From: Candidatus Methylomirabilis limnetica
Lineage (GTDB): Bacteria; Methylomirabilota; Methylomirabilia; Methylomirabilales; Methylomirabilaceae
DNA length: 32,000 nucleotides
NCBI RefSeq assembly: GCF_003044035.1
Contig: NZ_NVQC01000008.1
Location: 75,890-107,889, forward strand
Direction: 5' to 3'
Shown here: one piece after another, positions 7,797-14,946 of the stretch
Position numbering within the stretch: the first letter of the stretch is position 1
How the letters are laid out: each line of letters opens with the position of its first letter
Translations under genes and position numbers: made by a program
Notes under the pieces: model-generated
What the model was told of the DNA's origin: nothing
Databases searched by the model: none
What the model saw: the letters and a program-made list of their open reading frames with translations, nothing else

Positions 7797-8866
7797 CGCC
7801 AGCGTTGACGGTCGATACGGTTATCGCGGCGCTTCGGCAGATAAAGTACCCGGGGATGAGTCGCGACATCGTGTCTATCGGTGTGGTGAAGGATACGCAA
7901 CTGGATGGCGCTGACGTGTACCTCGACCTCCAGGTCCCGACGGAGGATCGCGAGGTCATCGCCAAGGTGGAGGCTGCGGTTCGCGAGACGCTCGCCCGCG
8001 TGCCTGGGATCGGTGATATGCGGATCCAGATCGGCCCACGCCCTGCATCTCCGGATTCCGCGCCCGGACCGTCTCCGCTCCCTGGCGTTCGGCGTATCAT
8101 CGCCGTCGCTTCAGGTAAAGGCGGTGTGGGCAAGACGACTGTATCCGTCAACCTGGCCTTGGCCCTGGCGCAGTCGGGGGCTGCGGTGGGCTTGCTGGAT
8201 GCCGACATCTACGGGCCGAATGTTCCGCGGATGCTGGGCGAGCCGGGCCGTCCCAAGGCGGATGAGGGCAAGATTGTCCCGCTTGTGCGATACGGCCTGA
8301 AGGTGATATCGGTGGGGTATCTGCTGGGGGATCGGTCGCCGATAATCTGGCGTGGGCCTTTGGTGGCCCAGGCCTTGCGCCAACTCCTGCATGATGTACG
8401 GTGGGGCGAGCTGGACTACCTGATCGTAGATCTTCCCCCAGGGACGGGGGACGCCCAGTTGACCCTCGTACAGTCCGTACCGTTGACCGGTGGGGTCATC
8501 GTGACTACCCCCTCCGCCGTGGCCCTGATGGACGCAGAGAAAGGCCTGCAGATGTTTCGTGAGGCCCGCGTCCCGATTCTGGGCATTGTGGAGAACATGA
8601 GCTACTTTATCTGTCCCCACTGCCAGGGAGAAACCGACATCTTCAGCCGGGGCGGTGGACGTACGGTGAGTGAATCGCTTGGAGTGTCTTTCCTGGGGGA
8701 GATCCCCATCAACCCGGCTATCCGCGAGGGCGGGGATATCGGCGCGCCCGTTGTCGTGGCGAAGCCGGAGTCCCCCGAAGCGCTGATCTTCCGCAATCTC
8801 GCGGAAAAGGTTCGCCTGGAGGCCGAGGCTGCCGCCGTGGCGATGCCTCAGGTGATCATCCGCTAA
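7790..8866 (+). CDS. apbC: Mrp/ApbC/NBP35-family Fe-S cluster carrier ATPase with N-terminal DUF59 domain
   Basis: 358 aa, overlapping the upstream stop by 7 nt. Deviant Walker A IAVASGKGGVGKTT, and the CPHC cluster-ligand motif in ENMSYFICPHCQGETDIF. Confidence 0.9.
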   Translation: MVTPALTVDTVIAALRQIKYPGMSRDIVSIGVVKDTQLDGADVYLDLQVPTEDREVIAKVEAAVRETLARVPGIGDMRIQIGPRPASPDSAPGPSPLPGVRRIIAVASGKGGVGKTTVSVNLALALAQSGAAVGLLDADIYGPNVPRMLGEPGRPKADEGKIVPLVRYGLKVISVGYLLGDRSPIIWRGPLVAQALRQLLHDVRWGELDYLIVDLPPGTGDAQLTLVQSVPLTGGVIVTTPSAVALMDAEKGLQMFREARVPILGIVENMSYFICPHCQGETDIFSRGGGRTVSESLGVSFLGEIPINPAIREGGDIGAPVVVAKPESPEALIFRNLAEKVRLEAEAAAVAMPQVIIR

Positions 8867-8905
8867 TAACCAATAACTCTGTATCTTTCCAAGGAGGAAG
8901 TCACG

Positions 8906-9790
8906 ATGTCAGCAAGCTATGCAACAACCGTCGATGCCCGCATCCTACCGGTCCCGCAGAAGCACCCAACCATCTTCCGTGCCTTCGATGGGCTGGCGGT
9001 CGGGACTGCCATGCTCTTGGTCAACGACCATGATCCCAAGCCGCTTTACTACACATTCGCCGCAGAGCGGGCTGGGGAGTTCGAATGGCGCTATCTGGAG
9101 AAGGGTCCAGAGGTGTGGCAGGTGGAGATCAGCCGGATTGCCGATGCCACAGGCAGACAGGCGCCCCCTGATACAATGGGCTGTGGTGGACTCCACGCGC
9201 ACCACGAACATCACGATCATCACGCGCACCAGCATGCCCACACCGGTTCTCCGACCCAGATCCTCAAGGACGAACATACCCTGATCCTTGAGGCTTTGGA
9301 TGGGGTGGAGCGCAAGCTCGCCGCATTAGAGTCCGGCGCCGCCCCGGATCGAGCCTATTTCGAGAAGGCGGTAAGGTTTATCCGAACCTTCGCTGACGAG
9401 TGCCATCACGGCAAGGAGGAGAACCTGCTGTTCAAGACCATGGTGGACCGCGGCTTTCCATTGCAAGGGGGACCTATCGCGGTCATGCTGTCGGAGCACG
9501 AAGCCGGCCGCGGATACATCCGTGAGATGGCCGAGGCCTCGGCGAGCGTGGTGCAGGATAAGGCTGCGACAGAGAAGATCATCCGGAACGGGCGTGCTTA
9601 CATCCAGATGCTGCGGCCTCACATCGATAAGGAGAACATGATCCTGTATGCGATGGCGGACAATATGTTTAGCCCTGAGGACCAGGCGGAGATGGGAAAG
9701 GCGTTCGAGCGCTTCGAGACTGAAAAGATCGGCGCGAACGTCCATGAGGAGATGATGACACTACAGGCGGAGTTGAAGGCGGGCGCCTAA
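8906..9790 (+). CDS. DUF2249-like domain / His-rich tract / hemerythrin-like (HHE) di-iron domain fusion protein
   Basis: 294 aa. SD AAGGAGGAAG. N-terminal region KHPTIFRAFDGLAVGTAMLLVNDHDPKPLYYTFAAERAGEFEWRYLEKGPEVWQVEI. His tract HAHHEHHDHHAHQHAH. The C-terminal half has ILKDEHTLI...ECHHGKEENLLF...MLSEHEAGRGYI...HIDKENMILY, which are hemerythrin cation-binding His/Glu motifs. Confidence 0.85.
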   Translation: MSASYATTVDARILPVPQKHPTIFRAFDGLAVGTAMLLVNDHDPKPLYYTFAAERAGEFEWRYLEKGPEVWQVEISRIADATGRQAPPDTMGCGGLHAHHEHHDHHAHQHAHTGSPTQILKDEHTLILEALDGVERKLAALESGAAPDRAYFEKAVRFIRTFADECHHGKEENLLFKTMVDRGFPLQGGPIAVMLSEHEAGRGYIREMAEASASVVQDKAATEKIIRNGRAYIQMLRPHIDKENMILYAMADNMFSPEDQAEMGKAFERFETEKIGANVHEEMMTLQAELKAGA

Positions 9791-9806
9791 TAAAGGCATA
9801 GTCGGA

Positions 9807-9855
9807 GCATCCCAGCCGTTCGTCCTGAGCATATCGAAGGAAACGGCTGGGATGC
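9807..9855 (+). terminator. Strong hairpin closing the cluster (no T-tract; REP-like core CCTGAGC...TCGAAGG)
   Basis: GCATCCCAGCCGTT (9807-9820) pairs perfectly (14 bp) with AACGGCTGGGATGC (9842-9855), with a 21-nt loop. It starts 17 nt after the stop codon. Confidence 0.5.
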
Positions 9856-9893
9856 TCAGGATATGCTTATCGAATCAGATGGTTCCTCGCTGT

Positions 9894-9924
9894 TTGGAGT
9901 TGGTATAACCTTGGAGTATACTCC
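9894..9924 (+). promoter_or_regulatory. Putative sigma70 promoter with overlapping 12-nt palindrome in an AT-rich spacer
   Basis: TTGGAG (9894-9899), a 17-nt spacer, TATACT (9917-9922). The perfect palindrome GGAGTATACTCC (9913-9924) covers the -10. Confidence 0.35.
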
Positions 9925-9983
9925 ATCGAGTCCGTCCATCTAATAACCGTTAGGAAGCCACTTTAACCACGAGGAGAAATACT

Positions 9984-10055
9984 GTGCAGGGATATGTTGC
10001 TTTAATTGGTATGATCGTCCTTATACTACTGTATGTGTGGTTCCAGTTCGGGTGA
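9984..10055 (+). CDS. Candidate 23-aa hydrophobic single-TM peptide (speculative)
   Basis: GTG 9984 is preceded by GAGGAG (9971-9976). It encodes VQGYVALIGMIVLILLYVWFQFG then a stop. It lies about 55 nt downstream of the predicted TSS of the 9894-9922 promoter. It is too short for the ORF track. Confidence 0.25.
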   Translation: MQGYVALIGMIVLILLYVWFQFG

Positions 10056-10208
10056 CCAAAAAGTCTTTATGATAACGATGCTTCTGGCGGAAGCGTATTG
10101 ATCGTCTTCGGCACATTGTATCTAAAACGTGGAAAGCAAGTTACAATCAGATTGGCTCAGATTTGGCCCATCACATTACGCCGCCGCAACGCACCCCGTG
10201 AAAAAACA

Positions 10209-10415
10209 TCACGCCGCCTTTCCCGCTTCCTTGACTTCATCGACCTGATGAGGCTCGATCGCCGTCTCCTCAACCAGCTTGCCGTCACGCATCACGACCA
10301 CGGCGGTGCCGGTTTGTCTCGCGATTTCGCGCGCTCGCCGTCCAGCCCTTAACAGCGCGGCGGGCGCAGCTTGCATGTCTGCATCCGGCAGCTTCGAAAC
10401 CAGCGACTTGCTCAT
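10209..10415 (-). CDS. 68-aa partner protein of the zeta-like kinase (candidate antitoxin/regulator)
   Basis: MSKSLVSKLPDADMQAAPAALLRAGRRAREIARQTGTAVVVMRDGKLVEE... Strong SD GAAGGAGGAAACCC lies before the ATG. An ATGA start/stop overlap joins it to the zeta-like gene. The longer track ORF 10209-10844 is out of frame with the zeta gene over most of its length. Confidence 0.6.
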   Translation of the reverse strand: MSKSLVSKLPDADMQAAPAALLRAGRRAREIARQTGTAVVVMRDGKLVEETAIEPHQVDEVKEAGKAA

Positions 10416-10939
10416 GGGTTTCCTCCTTCGTCGTTCAGGATGGGGGTATCGCCGCTGTTGTCGAACCACTGCCAGTAATCGACGCGGTGGCGATAAATAT
10501 CGTGAAAATTGCGCCGTCCGGCTGCAAAGCGGCGGCGAATGATCTCCGGCGGCACATCGTGCCCGCCCTGCCGCACCCGCATTGCTACGCGTGCGATCGC
10601 CTCTTCTGGGGTGGCCAACGACAGGAAAATCAGCTTCACCGCAAAGCCCGCCGCCCGCCAGCCGGTGATCATGCGCGCATAGGTCAGGCCTGACAGGGTT
10701 GTCTCGAAGGCGAAGCTGCGGCCTTCGGCAGCGTGGCGCGCGATTTCTTCCAGCATCAGGCGTCCGGCGCGGAACGCCACCGTTTCCGGCTGGAATGGCG
10801 ACAGCCCGGCGGCGATCAGGTCGGCGTTGACGAACACCGGGCAACTAGCTTCCTTGGGTAGAAACTCGCGAGCGAAGGTTGTCTTGCCCGCCCCGTTGGG
10901 GCCGGCGATGATGACGATCTTCCTGCCGCCCGTACTCAT
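10412..10939 (-). CDS. Zeta-toxin-family P-loop kinase-like protein (COG4185-type ATPase)
   Basis: 175 aa. Walker A IIAGPNGAGKTTFAREF, then VNADLIA, FAFETTLSG and RVAMRVRQGGHDVPPEIIRRRF, which are typical of the short zeta/PezT-like family. SD GGGGAGG. Confidence 0.85.
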   Translation of the reverse strand: MSTGGRKIVIIAGPNGAGKTTFAREFLPKEASCPVFVNADLIAAGLSPFQPETVAFRAGRLMLEEIARHAAEGRSFAFETTLSGLTYARMITGWRAAGFAVKLIFLSLATPEEAIARVAMRVRQGGHDVPPEIIRRRFAAGRRNFHDIYRHRVDYWQWFDNSGDTPILNDEGGNP

Positions 10940-11094
10940 AGGGCGACCTCCCCGCTCATCAGGCGCGGCAGCAGCAGGTCGCGGGCGGCGCGAAGCTTTT
11001 GATTCTGCCTATAAAGGCCGAAGTCCAGGTCGGTCTGGTCGAGCTGTAACAGCTCCTGCAGCAGGGTCTTCAGCTTGTCGTATTTCTGGCTCAT
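10936..11094 (-). pseudogene. 52-codon chimeric ORF: N-terminus of a helicase-associated DNA methyltransferase-type gene fused in frame to an HsdS-like C-terminal tail
   Basis: MSQKYDKLKTLLQELLQLDQTDLDFGLYR resembles the N-termini (..LFQLD..DLDFGIYRIMN..) that I recall from large R-M-type methyltransferase/helicase genes. ARDLLLPRLMSGEVAL resembles the canonical end of type I specificity subunits. The stop overlaps the zeta start (ATGA). The assignment is from memory only. Confidence 0.4.
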
Positions 11095-11128
11095 CGTGGA
11101 TCCCGTTCGTTGTTGGTCCTGCTCGCGT

Positions 11129-12376
11129 TCATGTCAGCTCCCACAGAGCGCGGATGGGGACCGCGAAGAGTCCCTCACCAAAGCCCAGGCTGGCCTCACC
11201 GTCATACAACACCACGCCGGCGGCAAAGCGCTTGCCTGCAGCCTCCCGCAGCTTGCGCAAGCCGCGAAAATCCGAGGCCATCACCGTCGCAGCGGCTTTC
11301 ACTTCCACCCCGACCAACTCACGACCGCCACGCTCCAGCACCAGATCGACCTCCACGCCATCCTTGTCGCGGAAGTGGTGGAAGCGGATGTCGTCGTCGC
11401 GCCAGCTCGCCTGTCGGCGCAGTTCCTGGTACACAAACGTTTCCAACAATTGCCCAAGGGTGCTACGGTCCAGCCACAGCAACTCGGCGTCAAGGCCAAG
11501 CAGAGCGCAGGCCACCCCGGTGTCCCCAAGATGCAACTTTGGCGTCTTGATGAGGCGGCTCAGCCGGTTGCTGTGCCAGGGCGCAAGTTGTTCGAGCAGA
11601 AAGACCCGCTCCAGCAGGGTGACATAGTCCTTGATGGTTGGGCGGCTCAACTGGAAGGGTGCCGCGAGATCGCTCACGTTCAGTAGCCGAGCCGTCTGGC
11701 CTGCCGCCAGCGCCAGCAGCCGTGGCAGTGCATCGAGCGAGGCGATGCGCGCCAGGTCGCGCACGTCGCGCTGGACCAGCGTCTCGATGTAGTCGCGGTA
11801 CCATGTGGCACGGCGGCGCGGGATGGCGCGGGCCAGCGCTGCGGGATATCCGCCTGCCGCGATGCGTGCCGCCAGTTCTTTACCCAGCCGCCCGTAGTTG
11901 CGTGCCTTGAAGCGACCCTCTAACAGCGCGTTGAGGAATCCCGGTGGGCGACCGGCCAGTTCGCACTGGGCCAGCGGGTGTAGCCGCAGAATCTCCATTC
12001 TTCCGGCCAGGGAATCGGCGAGCTTAGGAGCCAGCAGCACGTTTGCCGACCCCGTGAGCAGAAATCGACCGGGGCGGCGTCCGCGATCCACGGCCGCCTT
12101 GATGGCGGTGAACAAGGTGGGAACCCGCTGGACCTCGTCCAGAATGGCGTGATCGGGCAGGTCGGCAACGAAACCAACGGGATCGGCAATAGCCGCGCCG
12201 AGAGCCACCGCGTCGTCGAAACTGAAGTAGGCGTAGCCTCTGGACTCGGCGATCCCTTGCGCGAGGGTCGTCTTGCCACACTGCCGCGGTCCGTGGATCA
12301 GGACAACGGGCGTGTCGGCCAGCGCGTTGATCAGGGCCGAGACGGCAAAACGGGGATGAAGGTGGTTTGTGCTCAT
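11129..12376 (-). CDS. AAA-family ATPase with C-terminal DUF4143-like domain
   Basis: Start chosen at MSTNHLHPRF (ATG 12376); the track ORF starts 26 codons earlier. Walker A LIHGPRQCGKTTLAQ, Walker B HAILDEVQRVP, and a C-terminal segment HFRDKDGVEVDLVLE typical of AAA_14/DUF4143 proteins. Confidence 0.85.
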   Translation of the reverse strand: MSTNHLHPRFAVSALINALADTPVVLIHGPRQCGKTTLAQGIAESRGYAYFSFDDAVALGAAIADPVGFVADLPDHAILDEVQRVPTLFTAIKAAVDRGRRPGRFLLTGSANVLLAPKLADSLAGRMEILRLHPLAQCELAGRPPGFLNALLEGRFKARNYGRLGKELAARIAAGGYPAALARAIPRRRATWYRDYIETLVQRDVRDLARIASLDALPRLLALAAGQTARLLNVSDLAAPFQLSRPTIKDYVTLLERVFLLEQLAPWHSNRLSRLIKTPKLHLGDTGVACALLGLDAELLWLDRSTLGQLLETFVYQELRRQASWRDDDIRFHHFRDKDGVEVDLVLERGGRELVGVEVKAAATVMASDFRGLRKLREAAGKRFAAGVVLYDGEASLGFGEGLFAVPIRALWELT

Positions 12377-12531
12377 GGCGGTCAAAAGTAACTCAAAACG
12401 TCGGCTGATTGCAAGGATTATATGCGTCTTATTGTAAGGATGAAGAGGAGCCAAGCGGCCGCCAGGTCGGAAGTTGGCCTAGCAACGCCGGGGAGTGCTC
12501 TCCAGCCTTTCGAGTCCGGCTCCTGCTCGCC

Positions 12532-12909
12532 TTACAGGACCATAGCCGATAGAGAAACTGGCCGCGCTCCTCGCCGCCGTCGGCCTGCGCCGCCTTGGGG
12601 GAGGACTTGGAGATCAGGTGGTAGCGGCCGATCGCGATCTCCGCGCTCGGCGGGGGGCTCCAGGTCGAAGGCTAGTGCGGCATCGTAGAAGCGGGCGCGG
12701 TCGTAGAGCAGGAAACGGGTCAGTGACCAGAAGCGCTGGCCGAAACGATCGAGCTGAGCCTTCGTATTGTCGAGCTGCGGTCGCAGGCGCTGACGCACGG
12801 CCTCGTCGAAGTGCTTGAACAGTGTTCTACGCGTGTCGTCCATCCGCGTGCGGATGCTCTCGTCCATCTCTGCCTGCAGAGCGCGGAACGCGGTGTCGAT
12901 TCCTACAAG
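12532..12909 (-). pseudogene. Internal fragment of a large restriction/defence-type helicase gene, 5'-truncated, frameshifted and 3'-truncated
   Basis: The open frame begins just after an in-frame TGA at 12910-12912, with no start context. It reads ...LFKHFDEAVRQRL...QLDRFGQRFWSLTRFLL...ALAFDLEPP. A +1 shift near 12640 restores EIAIGRYHLISKSSPKAA...GQFLYRL. From memory, that matches the G-YHLIS / YRLSHPLG repeats of such helicases. Similarity stops near 12540. Confidence 0.5.
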
Positions 12910-12944
12910 TCAGATAAGCGCCGCGCGTCAGAGCTGCCCATCCA

Positions 12945-14324
12945 TCACAGAATGTACGCGGTCTCATCGTGCTGGCTCAGGTCGAGACCGATCCCCTCCT
13001 CCTCATCGCTGACTCTCAGGCCCATCAGCGCATCAACGATCTTGAGCAGGATAATCGTGCCGACGAATGCGAGCGCCATGCTTGCGAGCACCGCGATCGC
13101 CTGCACCCCCAACTGGCTGGGATTACCAAAGAACAGCCCATTGGCGCCATCGGGATTGATCGCCTTTGAGGCGAACAGACCGGTTGCCAGGGCTCCCCAG
13201 GTCCCGCCAACGCCGTGTACGCCCACGACGTCCAGCGAATCGTCGTAGCCGAGCCGCGCCTTGAGGATACAGGCAGAGTAGCAGAGGACCCCTGCGCCGG
13301 CCCCGATGATGATGGCTGATAACGGACCGACGAAGCCGGAGGCGGGGGTGATGGCCACGAGCCCGGCCACGGCGCCGCTGGCCGCCCCCAGAACGGTTGG
13401 TTTACCCCTGGAGCTCCACTCCGTAAACATCCAGGCCAGAGTCCCTGCGGCGGCCGCGACGTGCGTTACGACGAAGGCGCTTACAGCCAGCTTGTTGGCG
13501 GCGATAGCGCTCCCTGCGTTAAAGCCGAACCAACCGAACCAGAGCAGCGCTGCGCCCGTGACCGCCATGGTGAGGTTGTGTGGCGGCATCGGGTGCGTAG
13601 GATGGCCGCGGCGTCGGCCAACGACGAGGGCAGCGGCCAGGGCCGAAGCACCGGAACTGATGTGGACGGCCGTTCCGCCGGCAAAATCAAGCGCCCCCAT
13701 CTTGCGTAGCCATCCACCAACGCCCCACACCCAGTGCGCGAGTGGATCATAGATGAACGTCGACCAGAGAAGGATAAAGAGCAAGAACGAACTGAACTTC
13801 ATCCGTTCTGCGAAGGCACCGGTGATAAGCGCAGGGGTGATCGCAGCAAACATCATTTGATATGCCATAAATGCCTGGTGAGGGACGGTAGCCCCATAGT
13901 CGGGGTTAGGGTCCAGCCCTACACCTCGAAGACCTACCCAGGCGAGGTTCCCGATAACGCCCCCTATATCCGAGCTGAATGCCAGAGAGTACCCAAACAG
14001 TATCCATTGAATGCTGATCAGGGCTAAGGCGATGAAGCTTTGCATGATTGTCCCCAGCGCATTCTTTCGACGGACAAGCCCGGCGTAAAACAGCGCAAGC
14101 CCAGGCGCCGTCATCAGCAGGACCAATGCCGAGGAGGTGAGCATCCATGCCGTATCTCCCGAGTCGATCTTCGGCGCCGATGGCGGGGGTGATTCAGGCG
14201 CTTGTACTGATGAAGAGGCTCCGGGAGGAGGGGCCTGTTGGGCGAGGACCATTGCTGGGGCTTGCAGCAGTGCGCCCCCCAGAACCAGCAGGATCGCGAT
14301 GTTCATGCTGAGTCGATTTGGCAT
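12945..14324 (-). CDS. amtB: Ammonium transporter (Amt family) with signal peptide
   Basis: 459 aa. Canonical Amt blocks: [57 protein letters not shown] and [20 protein letters not shown]. Confidence 0.95.
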   Translation of the reverse strand: MPNRLSMNIAILLVLGGALLQAPAMVLAQQAPPPGASSSVQAPESPPPSAPKIDSGDTAWMLTSSALVLLMTAPGLALFYAGLVRRKNALGTIMQSFIALALISIQWILFGYSLAFSSDIGGVIGNLAWVGLRGVGLDPNPDYGATVPHQAFMAYQMMFAAITPALITGAFAERMKFSSFLLFILLWSTFIYDPLAHWVWGVGGWLRKMGALDFAGGTAVHISSGASALAAALVVGRRRGHPTHPMPPHNLTMAVTGAALLWFGWFGFNAGSAIAANKLAVSAFVVTHVAAAAGTLAWMFTEWSSRGKPTVLGAASGAVAGLVAITPASGFVGPLSAIIIGAGAGVLCYSACILKARLGYDDSLDVVGVHGVGGTWGALATGLFASKAINPDGANGLFFGNPSQLGVQAIAVLASMALAFVGTIILLKIVDALMGLRVSDEEEGIGLDLSQHDETAYIL

Positions 14325-14416
14325 GGCTGCTCCTTACCTCGATGTGGGAGAACGAGAGAAACGAATAAGCATATAGACGATGGCATTCCTGTCGTGAACC
14401 CTAGAAGATCGGAGTG

Positions 14417-14432
14417 AGCAGTTTCTGTGCCA
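14417..14432 (-). promoter_or_regulatory. Putative sigma54 (-24/-12) promoter of amtB
   Basis: The minus strand reads TGGCACAGAAACTGCT. The GG and GC elements have canonical spacing (consensus TGGCAC-N5-TTGCW, one mismatch). It lies about 95 nt upstream of ATG 14324. Confidence 0.45.
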
Positions 14433-14485
14433 ATACGTCAGCGCCATTCGCTTTCGCGAGAAGGCTCGGAAGGCTCGAATCCACT

Positions 14486-14637
14486 GGGGGTTTATTCCCA
14501 GCGACTTGCCGCGAGGTCGTCATACCGGCGGAGAGAAGCCGGTATCCAGAGGGCCCGACTGGATTCCGTGTCAAGCACGGAATGACGGGCCAGAACAGAA
14601 GACGATACCCAGCGACTTGCCGCGAGGTAGTTCATTA
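14486..14637 (+). repeat. 152-bp structured intergenic repeat, copy 2
   Basis: Perfect 21-nt terminal direct repeats CCCAGCGACTTGCCGCGAGGT (14497-14517 and 14608-14628). Internal hairpins ATACCGGC-ggagagaa-GCCGGTAT and ATTCCGTG-tcaag-CACGGAAT are enclosed by CGTCAT...ATGACG. Confidence 0.85.
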
Positions 14638-14767
14638 ATTCACCCGTGAGGCTTCGACGTGGTTGTGAGATGATCTCGCCTGACCCAGTGGCTGCCCATT
14701 CTCCTGACTATGAAATGGGCAGGCTGAAATCGCGCTGCTTATAACTTGGGCGCGACGATTTTAGATA

Positions 14768-14796
14768 TTGACAAGGAGCGAATCCGTCACAATACT
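14768..14796 (+). promoter_or_regulatory. Putative sigma70 promoter of the ccp / phosphoesterase / cytochrome c operon
   Basis: TTGACA (14768-14773), a 17-nt spacer, AATACT (14791-14796). Confidence 0.35.
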
Positions 14797-14946
14797 AGTC
14801 CTAGTGTTTCATCGCGCCCTGGAGGACCTGGTAGGAAAGCCGCTGGAGCGGCATTGTGGAGCGGTTCGCTAAGGCGATCACAGTTCGATATAAGAGCAAT
14901 GCCTCAATACTCTTAGACGGCCATATAGATTGCTCAGGGGGATGAG

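Noticed and set aside
10416-10844. Upstream two-thirds of track ORF 10209-10844 (211 aa)
   Set aside because: It overlaps the zeta-like kinase gene out of frame and is Arg/Pro-rich low-complexity. Only the last 68 codons, with their own strong SD and an ATGA coupling, look genuine.
10827-11686. Plus-strand ORFs 10827-11627 and 11075-11686
   Set aside because: They are antisense to the ATPase and the chimera ORF. Their Ser/Arg/Pro-rich composition is typical of a wrong frame in high-GC DNA.
9870-12944. Integrative element, prophage or ICE
   Set aside because: I could not find an integrase, recombinase, tRNA target or convincing flanking direct repeats. The patch is better described as a decayed defence/TA patch.
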